Assembly (NCBI GenBank): GCA_040768745.1
Contig: JAXGMI010000001.1
Coordinates: 320,001 to 384,000 of the forward strand
Direction of reading: 5' to 3'
DNA length: 64,000 bases
Source: Desulfomicrobium sp.
GTDB taxonomy: Bacteria; Desulfobacterota; Desulfovibrionia; Desulfovibrionales; Desulfomicrobiaceae
A program made the translations under genes and the position numbers. Under the pieces are notes generated by a model. That model was not told where the DNA came from. It saw nothing but the letters and a program-made list of their open reading frames with translations, and did no database searches. Below are positions 10,845 to 20,328 of the stretch, piece after piece (position 1 is the first letter of the stretch; each line of letters starts with the position of its first letter).

Positions 10845-11519
10845 TTACCAGTCAAAATTGGTCTTCATTCCGCCGCGCTTGATCCCGAAGTCCATGCCCA
10901 GCTGGATGCGCGTGCAGAAGAAGAGCGCGATGTGGGCCAGCTTGGTGAAGGGAGCGGTCAAAAGCACGATCACGCCGCACAGAATGTGCAGGTTGATCCA
11001 GAATGAATAGTTCGCGGTGTGGTACGAGGCCATGATGCCGGAGAACAGCAGGGTCAGGGTCAGGACCAGCAGCATGACGTCTTTGAAATCGGTCAGGATG
11101 CGCACCTCGGGCAGGACGATTCTGCGAATGGCGATACCCACGCCGCCCAGAAAGGCCGCGATGGCCAGCACGTCGGCCAGGATCTGGGGCATGGACGGCC
11201 AGTCTATGCCCAATCCACTCTTGATCATGACCGCGTGACCCTCCAGGAACAGGGGCACAATGACCAGGCCGACATGGAAGGCAAAAAACATGATGGTGAA
11301 GATGGGCTTGGCCCGCCAGCTGTGGGTGCCGAAGGGCAGTATCCAGCGGTACACGGACCGGACACCGCCTTTGAGACCTGCGGCCATGTGCGGTTTGTAG
11401 GCCACTCGATCCAGCCGCCAGTCCAGCCCCTTGAAGTAGAGCACCACCCGGGCAGTCAGTCCGACAAAGAACACCGCGAAGGCAATCCAGAGCAACGGAC
11501 CAGTCAAAATTTCATACAT
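10845..11519 (-). CDS. hmcE: Hmc complex membrane cytochrome b (NarI-like)
   Basis: LTGPLLW, FHVGL, GH, LHILCG and PFTKLAH heme-ligand His pattern; position in the operon. Confidence 0.88.
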   Translation of the reverse strand: MYEILTGPLLWIAFAVFFVGLTARVVLYFKGLDWRLDRVAYKPHMAAGLKGGVRSVYRWILPFGTHSWRAKPIFTIMFFAFHVGLVIVPLFLEGHAVMIKSGLGIDWPSMPQILADVLAIAAFLGGVGIAIRRIVLPEVRILTDFKDVMLLVLTLTLLFSGIMASYHTANYSFWINLHILCGVIVLLTAPFTKLAHIALFFCTRIQLGMDFGIKRGGMKTNFDW

Positions 11520-11553
11520 AGATAACTCCTTCATCAGTCGCAACCGACCGAAC

Positions 11554-11703
11554 CTATTCTTCTTCCTTGTCAGCGAATCTGTCCTCGTCCCTGTCGGTCA
11601 GGAACAGCCAGAAGGCCACGAATGCCATCAGACCGAGGCCCATGCCGACATAGGCCATGCCCTTGGTCCAGAACGTGAAGTCATGCAGCGTCATGAATTC
11701 CAT
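11554..11703 (-). CDS. hmcD: Hmc complex small membrane subunit (49 aa)
   Basis: Below the ORF-track cutoff. Hand translation: MEFMTLHDFTFWTKGMAYVGMGLGLMAFVAFWLFLTDRDEDRFADKEEE*; AAGGAG RBS; one TM helix; lies between hmcC and hmcE. Confidence 0.85.
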   Translation of the reverse strand: MEFMTLHDFTFWTKGMAYVGMGLGLMAFVAFWLFLTDRDEDRFADKEEE

Positions 11704-11714
11704 ATCAATGCTCC

Positions 11715-12884
11715 TTAGTGCGCGCCCTTGAATTCAGGGTGTTCGTGCAGGATCGGCAACTTGTGCAGACAGAAACGCAGGACCGTGATTTCCAGTGTGA
11801 CGATGAACACGGTGATCATGATCTCTTCCCAGGCCGGAACATATCTGGATTCGAGCGGAAGCTGCCAGTTGAAGGCCACCAGGGAGATGTTCAGGCGGTT
11901 CAGCACGATGCCCAGCACGGTCACGATGGAGGCCCAGAACGCCAGCTTCTCGTTTTTCTCACGGGCCGCCACCGCGTACATCAGGCACGGCACGAGCACG
12001 AAACCGATCAGCTCGAACAGGAACCATGCGCCCCAGCCGGTGAAGAGCAGACTCCAGTTGTTGCCCAGGGCCACCCCGATCCATTTCAGGATGAAGTACG
12101 CAAAAAGGACCACCGAAGCGGCCTTGGCAAAACCCAGGGTCACACCGGAAGACTCCGCCAGGTGGGTTTCATCCATCTTGTGGTGCAGGTACTTGTGGGA
12201 CAAGCCACCCTCGAAGATGACCATGGAAAGGCCGGCCGGGATGCTTGAAACGAAGAAGAACATCGCCAGGTACGGGGAGTACCACAGGGGATGCAGCTTG
12301 GACGGGGCGATCAGGTACAGCGCGCCCAGGGAAGACTGGTGCAGGGTGGACAGAATGACGCCGAAGATGGTCAGAATCAGGGTCAGCCCGTGTACAAGAT
12401 GACGGATTTTCTTCCAGCGCAGGGCTTCCCATACGGCCGGAGAGAACTCGATGGCCAGTACGGTCAGGTACAGGGCCACGCAGAGGCCCACCTCGAAGAG
12501 GAAGGAGGTCGGCCCGGGATAGATGGTCAGGGGATAGGGCAGGCGGTAATAGCGGCCCAGGTCATACATCAGGGCAAAAACGACAAAGGCGTAGCCCAGA
12601 AACGCGGTGGTGATGGCTGGCCGCACTGCGGAATGGTACTGCTTCATCCCGAAGAGATACACTGCCGCGGATGTCGTGTATCCGCCGGCGGCCAGGGCGA
12701 CGCCGCAGAGCAGGTCAAAGCCGATCCAGATGCCCCAGGGGTTGTCATCGCTCAGGTTGGACACAGAGGCGATGCCCATGGTGAAACGTTTGACCGTCAG
12801 GACCAGCCCGATGAGCAGAATGACAGCGGTGATGATATTCGCCGGTGTCCAGAACGACTTGGTTGGTGTGGTGTGATGCGACAT
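11715..12884 (-). CDS. hmcC: Hmc complex membrane subunit (NrfD/HybB family)
   Basis: PWGIWIGFD..CGVALAAGG, DLGR, LSTLHQSSLG and LHPLW; multiple TM helices. Confidence 0.92.
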   Translation of the reverse strand: MSHHTTPTKSFWTPANIITAVILLIGLVLTVKRFTMGIASVSNLSDDNPWGIWIGFDLLCGVALAAGGYTTSAAVYLFGMKQYHSAVRPAITTAFLGYAFVVFALMYDLGRYYRLPYPLTIYPGPTSFLFEVGLCVALYLTVLAIEFSPAVWEALRWKKIRHLVHGLTLILTIFGVILSTLHQSSLGALYLIAPSKLHPLWYSPYLAMFFFVSSIPAGLSMVIFEGGLSHKYLHHKMDETHLAESSGVTLGFAKAASVVLFAYFILKWIGVALGNNWSLLFTGWGAWFLFELIGFVLVPCLMYAVAAREKNEKLAFWASIVTVLGIVLNRLNISLVAFNWQLPLESRYVPAWEEIMITVFIVTLEITVLRFCLHKLPILHEHPEFKGAH

Positions 12885-12896
12885 CAACACTCCTCC

Positions 12897-13952
12897 TTAT
12901 TGATCGCCCGATTCGGCGGATTCGGCCTTTTTGCGGGCCTCTTCCGCTTCCTTGAGCGCCTTTTTCACTTCACGATCCACAGCGGCCTGCTTGTCACGCT
13001 CGGCCTTGTCCATGGCTGCCTTGAGCTTTCTGGCTGCCTCGGCCTCGGTGTTGGACACCGCTTCGGCCACAGCATGCTTCCGCTCTTCTTCAGCGATCTT
13101 CTCCCTGCGTTTCGTCAGGGCGTAGGCCCCGGTAAGAAACACCGGCCACAAACCCACAACTGCGGGAACCACGGCCAGGGCGCCGGAGGTCAATTCAGGG
13201 GCCGGAGTAACGCCAAGGTCTTCACGCATGCCAATGCGCTCGAAGGGCACTCCGGAAACATAGAGCCAGCTCGTGCCGCCCATTTCCCGTTCGCCATAGA
13301 TATGATCCACATAGAGATTCGGGTGTTTGCGGATACGCTCGCGGGCGATCTTGATCAGGTCCACCCGGCGACCGAAAACCAGTGCCCCCTTGGGACAGGC
13401 CTCTACGCATCCGGGAAGCTTTCCCTCCTCGATGCGTGACTGGCACAGCGTACATTTGCGCACTCGGGGCGTGACCGGATCATGGTATTCGTACGTCGGG
13501 ATTTCAAAGGGACAGGCGATCATGCAGTACCGGCAGCCCACACACTTCTTGGCGTCGTAATGCACGGCCCCGGTCTTGTCCTTCACAAAGGCTCCGACAA
13601 AGCAGGCCGACGCGCACGCAGGCTCCAGACAATGGTTGCACTGAATCTTGCGGTACACGGGGTGACCATCCACGTCGTACTTGTTGACCACGGTAAAGGT
13701 GTCGTGATGGGTACGACGCTTTGTTTCCAGAATGGCCAGATCATCGAAGGGGATCTTCTGCGCCGGCAACTCGTTGACCTTGTTGCAGGCGGCCTCACAT
13801 TTTCTGCAACCAATACACTTGGTGCTGTCGAACAGCACGCCAAAGCTGTCGGGATATCCCTCAAAATGCTGTGCTCCACCGGCAGCTGCCGGACTCGCCG
13901 CCAAACAGGCACCCGCGCCAGCCAGCAAGCCAATGAATTTTCTGCGTTTCAT
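12897..13952 (-). CDS. hmcB: Hmc complex periplasmic Fe-S protein (HybA-like)
   Basis: Tat signal KRRKF, four Cys clusters ([18 protein letters not shown]...C, CVGCRYC...CP, CTLC...C...CP), C-terminal TM and charged tail. Confidence 0.92.
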   Translation of the reverse strand: MKRRKFIGLLAGAGACLAASPAAAGGAQHFEGYPDSFGVLFDSTKCIGCRKCEAACNKVNELPAQKIPFDDLAILETKRRTHHDTFTVVNKYDVDGHPVYRKIQCNHCLEPACASACFVGAFVKDKTGAVHYDAKKCVGCRYCMIACPFEIPTYEYHDPVTPRVRKCTLCQSRIEEGKLPGCVEACPKGALVFGRRVDLIKIARERIRKHPNLYVDHIYGEREMGGTSWLYVSGVPFERIGMREDLGVTPAPELTSGALAVVPAVVGLWPVFLTGAYALTKRREKIAEEERKHAVAEAVSNTEAEAARKLKAAMDKAERDKQAAVDREVKKALKEAEEARKKAESAESGDQ

Positions 13953-13984
13953 ACTAGCTCCTCGTTATTGCGACCTTCGGCAGG

Positions 13985-15532
13985 TTATTCTTTCTTGGCA
14001 TGACACTCGGCGCAGGCGGTGTCGGCCGGCTTCTGGATGCCCATCTGGCGATGGCATCCCATGCACTGCTGATGATAGGCGGCTTTCAAGGCAGGTTTGA
14101 CCCCGTCCTTTTCATCCCCGACCTTGCCGTGGCAGCTCACGCACTTGGGCGGGTTGGCCGATGCAGGGCTGTTGTGGTGGCATCCCGAGCAGACTGCGTT
14201 GGGACTGGAATGAAAGTAGGCGGCCATGGGGTCGTCCTTCATGCCGTCCATGATCTTCTGCATGATCTTTCGATGGGGGAACTTGCTGGCCTGGAACTCG
14301 TTGGCCAGGACACCGATCTCGACAATCTCGGGGATGTCCTCCATTTTCCACGCTGTATCGGCCTTGGGACGCGTGTTCACGATCATGGCCGCGGTATTCA
14401 CCCTGGCGGTCTTGTTTTCGGTCAACTCGGCACCGGCCGTGATGTTCACGTGGCACTTGGCGCAGCTCGCCTCGGTCTTCTGACCGGCCTTGCCCATCAA
14501 GGTGTGACAGCCAGCGCACTGCTGCCTGGTCTGGGCCTTGGCATGACAACCAACGCAGCTGGACTGGGCCGTGACCCGATGCATGGCCTGCTCGGTGGTG
14601 ATGAAGGCGCCCTCTTCCTTGCCCAGGGAGGTGTGGCACTGGGAGCAGGCTGTGACGCCCTTGGAAGAGGCATTGTGGTGACAGACGGAACAGTTGCTGT
14701 TCTTCTCTTCATGCGCCTTGTGTTTGAAAGGCACGGCCTTGAGCAGCTTCGGCTCGGCACTGGGTGCGGAAGGGGCCATGAGCAGGGCGAAATCTGCCTG
14801 CCCTGCCTCCAGACGGGGAATGTCCTGGACTGGGATCTGCTTGTATCCCGCACGCACCGTCGCGTCATGACAACCTGCGCACACAATGGGGCCGGTGGGC
14901 TGCTTGGCCTTGGCAATTTCCTGATGACAGGAGAGACACCTTTCGTGGCTTTGCTCCTTGTTTTCCGCAAAGGCCAGATTCCGTTTCTCAGGCTTGTCCT
15001 GGATGTGGCACTTGGAACAGTTGTCCTTCTGCCCGGCTGCAGGCGGAACCATCTTGGAGGAAGAATGGCGGGAGTGCAGGGACTTGTCGAAAACGACCAA
15101 GGTCCTGACCGTGCTTGCGGGACCAGCGTGGCAGGACCGGCATTGTCCGCTTCCCGGACCGCTCTTCTTGCCTGCCTTGGCCGTCTCGGTGTGGCACGCT
15201 ATGCAGTTGTCGTGATAGATGGCCTTGATTTCCGCGGCATTCGTGTCTTCCTGACGCTTGAACTTGGCCGTGACCTTGGTTCCGGTCACCGTGTGACAGG
15301 ATTCGCACTTGTTTTCGACCGCCTTGGTATGCTTGTCGTGTTCAAACCGGACCACAGGATATTCGAGAGCACCGAACTTCTTGAGCGTATCAATGGAAAT
15401 GAGATCCGCGCCCATCTGCTTCTGTGCAATCGTTCCCTGTTTCCCCCCAAGAGCGTTCAGACCGAATCCAGCCATAGCTATGCTCACGCACAGGATTGCG
15501 ACCCATCGCAGCTTTGGTCTTCCCTTCTCCAT
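13985..15532 (-). CDS. hmcA: High-molecular-mass multiheme cytochrome c (15 CxxCH)
   Basis: Signal peptide, 15 CxxCH motifs counted by hand, FDKSLH.RH, FPHRKI and LKAAYHQQCMGCH. Confidence 0.92.
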   Translation of the reverse strand: MEKGRPKLRWVAILCVSIAMAGFGLNALGGKQGTIAQKQMGADLISIDTLKKFGALEYPVVRFEHDKHTKAVENKCESCHTVTGTKVTAKFKRQEDTNAAEIKAIYHDNCIACHTETAKAGKKSGPGSGQCRSCHAGPASTVRTLVVFDKSLHSRHSSSKMVPPAAGQKDNCSKCHIQDKPEKRNLAFAENKEQSHERCLSCHQEIAKAKQPTGPIVCAGCHDATVRAGYKQIPVQDIPRLEAGQADFALLMAPSAPSAEPKLLKAVPFKHKAHEEKNSNCSVCHHNASSKGVTACSQCHTSLGKEEGAFITTEQAMHRVTAQSSCVGCHAKAQTRQQCAGCHTLMGKAGQKTEASCAKCHVNITAGAELTENKTARVNTAAMIVNTRPKADTAWKMEDIPEIVEIGVLANEFQASKFPHRKIMQKIMDGMKDDPMAAYFHSSPNAVCSGCHHNSPASANPPKCVSCHGKVGDEKDGVKPALKAAYHQQCMGCHRQMGIQKPADTACAECHAKKE

Positions 15533-15926
15533 GTGAACATTCCTTTGTTGAAATCCACCCCGGAAAATTCCGGCAATCGCCCAAACCTGGAGGCCATGCC
15601 TCCAGCATCAGCCTCGTAACGAAAAAACCCTCTTCACACCTTGTCCGCACAATCCGTTTGCACCATTCACTTAAGCAGACTATAAAAGTATGATTTTTTC
15701 CGACTTCGTAGGTATAGAATCATCAAAACTGCGTCAAGGGCTAATTATTTTTTTCACAACGAAAAATAAATCTAATGATTACAGCGTGATTTTTTGGTCT
15801 GTTTTTTAACGGAGCCAAAACCGGCAAAGCTTTTCGACAGGAGATATGAACCAGAGAATGCGGGGGGAGGATTCCAACGGGTTGTGATCGCGGGTGGAAA
15901 CCGGGGAGCACGCAGGGAGGCCGCGC

Positions 15927-15957
15927 AAAAAAAAACCGGCTCTCTGGGAGAGCCGGT
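15927..15957 (-). terminator. Intrinsic terminator of the tmc operon
   Basis: ACCGGCTCTC-tgg-GAGAGCCGGT stem; the A9 run on the plus strand gives a U-tract on the minus strand. Confidence 0.85.
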
Positions 15958-15980
15958 GCACATTTGATCAACCGCAAGTT

Positions 15981-16370
15981 TTATTTTTTCACATGGCATT
16001 CGCCGCAGGCCTCGGGACCCTTCTTCTGATCGATATGGCACTTCTTGCACTGCTGGTGGTAGGCCATGCGCAGGCCGGGCTGGGTGCCCTGGGCCTTGAG
16101 GGTGTGACACTCGGAGCAGGCCTGGCCCTCGGAGCTTTCGCCCTCGACTTTCTTTCCGTCTTTGTAGACGTGATGGCAGAGGGAACAGTCCTCGGCCTGG
16201 GCCTTCTCGTTGTGCGTGTCGTGATCAAAAACGCTGACAGGCCGTTCCAGCTTGCCAAACGCATCCACTTTCAGCACCGTGTCTTCCTGGGAAAACGCAG
16301 AAACGCTGCACAGTGTGACGTAGAGCAGGACAGAGCAGAAAATGATCAATCTGTTTTGTGTATGTCTCAT
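15981..16370 (-). CDS. tmcA: Tetraheme type II cytochrome c3
   Basis: Signal peptide, FDHDTH and four heme motifs (CSLCHH, CSECH, CKKCH, CGECH); adjacent to tmcB. Confidence 0.88.
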   Translation of the reverse strand: MRHTQNRLIIFCSVLLYVTLCSVSAFSQEDTVLKVDAFGKLERPVSVFDHDTHNEKAQAEDCSLCHHVYKDGKKVEGESSEGQACSECHTLKAQGTQPGLRMAYHQQCKKCHIDQKKGPEACGECHVKK

Positions 16371-16379
16371 CGTTCACCT

Positions 16380-17696
16380 CTAGACAGCATCCGGTTTTTC
16401 CATGCAATTATAAATGATTTCACCAAGGAACTTCAGCTCCATGTCAAGCTTGTACTTGTGAATGATATCCTCAAGTCCACCGTGACAGTTATGGCACGGG
16501 GCAATGCACACCTTGACGCCGGTGGCCTGAAGCTGTTCAGCCTTGACTCTGTTACTCTCCACGCGGGAGTTCTTGAACGGCGGCCCGCAGTTGATGACGC
16601 CGCCGCCCGCGGCGCAGCAGTAGTTGTGTTCCCGGTTGGGCGTCATCTCGATGAAGTTGGGGCAGAAGGCCCGAACCACTTCGCGCGCCTTTTCGTGCAG
16701 GCCGCGGCCTCGCACGACGTTGCACGGGTCGTGGAAGGTCACGGGCTCTTCGAATTTCTTGGCGACCTTGATCTTCCCTTCGTTCAGGAGATCCCAGTAG
16801 AACTCCAATGCATGCACGACCGGAATGGGGGGCATGCGCCAGCCAAGGACGCGGTTGCCCGTGTCGTACACGGAGCGGAAGGCGTGGCCGCACTCGCCCA
16901 TGACGATCTTCTTGACACGCAGTCTGGCCGCCGTCTCGAAATGCAGGCGCTTCAGACGCCCCATCATCTCGGAATCGCCGGTGTACATGGCCATGTCGGA
17001 GTTGTCCCAACCTGGCGTGGCCGGCATGGTCCAGTCCATGCCCGCCTCGTTCATGATGGCCGCGGCCTGGTAGATGAGCTGGGTCCGGAACTTGGGCTCG
17101 GGCCCGATAACCGAGTACATGATCTCGGCCCCTTCCTTCTCCAGCGGGATGCGCGCATTGGGCAGCTCTTCGCGCATCTCGTCCTCCTGCCAGTGCAGGG
17201 CGTCGATCCACTCGTCGTCCTTGACCCACATCTGGTTCATGGTCGCCGAATGGGAATGAGCCGTATCCTGGATGTAGAGCGGCGTGATCTCCAGCTTGTG
17301 CGAAATGCGGCGCACCAGCGACATCATGTAGGCGATATCGATGCCGAATGGGCAGTACTGCACGCAGCGGCGGCACATGTTGCACTCGGTCTGAGCGACC
17401 TGCACGGCCTGCTTCATGAATTCGGCCGAGACCTTGCCCTTCTTGTCGAGCATCTCCCAGATGGTCTGCTTGACCTTACCCACCGGCGAAAACCGGGGAT
17501 CACGGTCGCGGGAGAGATAGAAATGGCAGGCTTCGGAGCACAGGCCGCAGTGAGCGCACGTCTCGACGTACGCCTTCAGGCGGGACCCGGCCTCGTTGCC
17601 GAGCACCTGATTGATCGTCTTCTCGATCCTCTCGGGGGTCAGCTTCTCGGCCCCCTTCTCAATTCCTTCGTCCTTTATCCAGACGCGTTCTTTCAT
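16380..17696 (-). CDS. tmcB: Tmc complex Fe-S (CCG-domain) subunit
   Basis: CAHCGLCSEAC, CNMCRRCVQYCP, ECGHAF, HDPCN, CCAAGGG and CHNC. Confidence 0.9.
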   Translation of the reverse strand: MKERVWIKDEGIEKGAEKLTPERIEKTINQVLGNEAGSRLKAYVETCAHCGLCSEACHFYLSRDRDPRFSPVGKVKQTIWEMLDKKGKVSAEFMKQAVQVAQTECNMCRRCVQYCPFGIDIAYMMSLVRRISHKLEITPLYIQDTAHSHSATMNQMWVKDDEWIDALHWQEDEMREELPNARIPLEKEGAEIMYSVIGPEPKFRTQLIYQAAAIMNEAGMDWTMPATPGWDNSDMAMYTGDSEMMGRLKRLHFETAARLRVKKIVMGECGHAFRSVYDTGNRVLGWRMPPIPVVHALEFYWDLLNEGKIKVAKKFEEPVTFHDPCNVVRGRGLHEKAREVVRAFCPNFIEMTPNREHNYCCAAGGGVINCGPPFKNSRVESNRVKAEQLQATGVKVCIAPCHNCHGGLEDIIHKYKLDMELKFLGEIIYNCMEKPDAV

Positions 17697-17711
17697 AGCG
17701 TTCTCCTCTTT

Positions 17712-18371
17712 TTACCAATCCTTGACGTGGCGCACCATGCCGAACTCGGAACCGATGTATGCCCTGGTCAAGGGGGCCAGGAGCATGTGACTCAGACGCG
17801 TGAAGGGGATGGCCACGAGCAGGAGCTCGGCGCACAGCATGTGCAGGATGACCATGGTCATGTAGTCGCCCAGCTGATGGTAGGCGAGGACGCCCGTCAC
17901 GAACGGCGAGGCCACGAGGGCGAGGAGTGCGAAATCCGTCCAGTCGGTGACATATTTGACTTCGGGCCGCACCACCCGGCGCACGCCGAAGAAGATGCAG
18001 GCGCCGATCACGGCAAAGGCGATGATGTCGGCCACTGCGTCGGGGATGGTGATCCAGCCGATGCCGAAGCCTTCCTCGATCATGATCTGGTGCGCGGACA
18101 CGAAGATCAGCAGCGCGAAGAAGGCGATGTGAAAGAAGAACGCCACGCCCGTGAAGACGGGATGCAGCCTCATGTTCACGGTGTTGAACGGGATGGACCA
18201 GTTGATGATGGACCTGAGCCCGTACTTGAGGGAAACGTAGTTCAGAAGGACCTGGTCCTTCTGCCTGGCGACGCTCAGGGTCGACCAGATCTTCCAGACC
18301 GACCCCAGTGCGAAGATGATCCACGCCGCCCAGGCCAGGGGCCCGGATACCAGTAAATAGATGTCCTGCAT
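17712..18371 (-). CDS. tmcC: Tmc complex membrane cytochrome b
   Basis: MQDIYLLVSGPLAW start after a GGAGG RBS; FH, AH, LHML and PFTRLSH His ligands. Confidence 0.88.
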   Translation of the reverse strand: MQDIYLLVSGPLAWAAWIIFALGSVWKIWSTLSVARQKDQVLLNYVSLKYGLRSIINWSIPFNTVNMRLHPVFTGVAFFFHIAFFALLIFVSAHQIMIEEGFGIGWITIPDAVADIIAFAVIGACIFFGVRRVVRPEVKYVTDWTDFALLALVASPFVTGVLAYHQLGDYMTMVILHMLCAELLLVAIPFTRLSHMLLAPLTRAYIGSEFGMVRHVKDW

Positions 18372-18382
18372 GTCGGGCCTCC

Positions 18383-19648
18383 TTATCCGATGATTTTTGC
18401 GACGGGTTCGACGATTCTCATGTACTTCCCGCCCGAGATGGCGCGAATGAGGACCTTGCTCCCATCCGGACTGAAGGAGGGGTCGAAGCACTGGTCGAAG
18501 CCCTGGCTGTATTCCCTGCCGTCCACCGCGATGGTGTACTTGCCCTTCTTCTCGACGCGGGCTGCGACATGCTTGCCGTCGGGAGAGAACACCGGCGCGA
18601 AGCACATGTCGTATGCGCCGCCCCAGGCCCTGTCATCGGCGAAGACCGTCCACTTGCCGTCCTGCTTGCCAAGGGCGGCAAGACGCCTGCCGTCGGGGCT
18701 GAAGGTCATGTCCATGACCATGTCGCCGAAGGTCGTGTTCCAAGTCTTGCCGTCCACGGCCAAGGTCCAGCGCCCGTATTCGGGGCAGACGATGGCGGCC
18801 AGCTTGTCGCCGGACGGACTGAACTGCTGCTGCCAGACCTGGAAGAACGACGGCTGCCAGATGACCTTGCCGTCCTGGGCCATGCCCCATTTACCGGACA
18901 GGCGCACCGGCGCCACGACCGACTTGCTCTTGGGATGGAACAGGGGCTCCCACACCTGGTTGAAGATGGCGTTCCAGGGCTTGCCGTCCACGACGATGGT
19001 GTAGTCGAACAGGTTGTGCCGCACCTGGGCGGCCACGGATGAATTGTCGGCGCTGAAGCGGGGGCTCCAGACGTTGACGAAATTGACGTCCCAGGCCTCC
19101 CCGTCCACGGCCACGGAGTAGATGCCTTCCTTGAACTTGAAGACCTCGGCCTGCCCCAGGGGGATGGTCTGCACCACGGCCGCGGTCTTTTGACCGTCTT
19201 CGCTCAGATGAAAATTGTTGGCGTTGGCATACAGGTTTTCCCAGGCCACGCCGTCCACGACCATGCCGTAGGTCATGGAGTCGGCGACGCAGCAGGCTAT
19301 GACCGACCCATCCTTGGAAAACATGGTGTTAAACAAAAAACCAAAGGTTTCCTCCCAGGCCTCGCCATCCACACACAGGGTCCAGTCTCCCTGGTCGTTG
19401 GCCAGCCCGGTCAGTCGCCCGTCTGGGGAATAGCGCAGATACCAGACGCGCTCGTAGCGGGGTTCCCAGCACGCGCCGTTCACACATACGCCGAACTCGG
19501 CGTCCCCGGTCTTGACCACGGCCGCCACCTGTTCTCCATCGGGGCTGGCCTGGTTCTCCTCGCGCCACTCGATGTCGCAGTCACATTGAGATAGGTCGGC
19601 CACGGTTCTGGAGCCAACGCTCCAATCCCAGGCAGAATACTCTGTCAT
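18383..19648 (-). CDS. tmcD: Trp-rich beta-propeller Tmc subunit
   Basis: Repeated SPDG...VDG..W blades; AGGAGG RBS before ATG 19648. Confidence 0.88.
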   Translation of the reverse strand: MTEYSAWDWSVGSRTVADLSQCDCDIEWREENQASPDGEQVAAVVKTGDAEFGVCVNGACWEPRYERVWYLRYSPDGRLTGLANDQGDWTLCVDGEAWEETFGFLFNTMFSKDGSVIACCVADSMTYGMVVDGVAWENLYANANNFHLSEDGQKTAAVVQTIPLGQAEVFKFKEGIYSVAVDGEAWDVNFVNVWSPRFSADNSSVAAQVRHNLFDYTIVVDGKPWNAIFNQVWEPLFHPKSKSVVAPVRLSGKWGMAQDGKVIWQPSFFQVWQQQFSPSGDKLAAIVCPEYGRWTLAVDGKTWNTTFGDMVMDMTFSPDGRRLAALGKQDGKWTVFADDRAWGGAYDMCFAPVFSPDGKHVAARVEKKGKYTIAVDGREYSQGFDQCFDPSFSPDGSKVLIRAISGGKYMRIVEPVAKIIG

Positions 19649-20163
19649 ACACGCCCTCCTTACCAACTCGGTTAGGCCAAAGGCCGAACAACTTCATCAC
19701 CCCGTCCATGCCCGAAATTTAATTCAGACTTAGAAGGTCCAGAAAATACCATAAACGCAATATAACTCAAATTTTCGTGCAAAACGAATATGCTAGAAAA
19801 GCCATCGTGTAAACACCATTTTAATTTCATACTCGCATAGTCGACAATTTTTCGGATCAAAAGAATCAAACAAACATAAAGATTACGAGACAGATTCCGC
19901 ATTTCCGTGCAATGTTTTTATGAGGATGTGTTCCGTGCACAGGACACATGAGTCTCCACGCATGGGGCAGTGTGTTCGATACAACCTCCCGATCCTGATG
20001 CGTTGAGCGAATCGACAAGAGTGGCCGTGGCAGGCCTGCATGACGGGGAAAGGTTTCCTGTCCGGGGGATTGCTGGCTCATATCACGATTCAGCCTGCGG
20101 AAAGCAATGCCGGACGATCGTTGCGCACCGATCGCACGCCCGCATCGGAAGGCGCCTGGCATG

Positions 20164-20186
20164 AAAAAGCCCGGCAGAGCCGGGCT
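20164..20186 (-). terminator. Intrinsic terminator
   Basis: AGCCCGGC-aga-GCCGGGCT stem with an A5 run on the plus strand (U-tract on the minus strand). Confidence 0.75.
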
Positions 20187-20328
20187 GGAGGGAGGGGTGC
20201 GGCTGCAGAAGATGGCCGCGATGACGCTCTTGAGAGGTGAATGCGGCCCTGCTGGCGTTATTCCACCAAGAAAGGCTGCATTACAAAAAAGCTGGTTTTC
20301 AGGGAGTCCTGTTGAACTCTTCGCGAGA

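Noticed and set aside
12897..13110. Ala/Glu/Lys-rich coiled-coil tail of HmcB
   Set aside because: A charged C-terminal tail is, to my recollection, a normal HmcB feature.
15533..15926. Rex or sigma-54 sites upstream of hmcA (also checked upstream of tmcD)
   Set aside because: Only half-sites such as TTCACAA were found; no full palindrome and no correctly spaced GG-N10-GC.
15894..18356. Long plus-strand ORF (820 aa) and similar antisense ORFs (519-2120, 9223-11010, 14000-15619, 56311-57984)
   Set aside because: They are shadows of well-supported opposite-strand genes in GC-rich DNA and show no protein motifs.
18383..19648. Periodic DNA repeats (gccgtccac..., SPDG/VDG units)
   Set aside because: Explained by the beta-propeller blades of TmcD; not a CRISPR array or other non-coding repeat.
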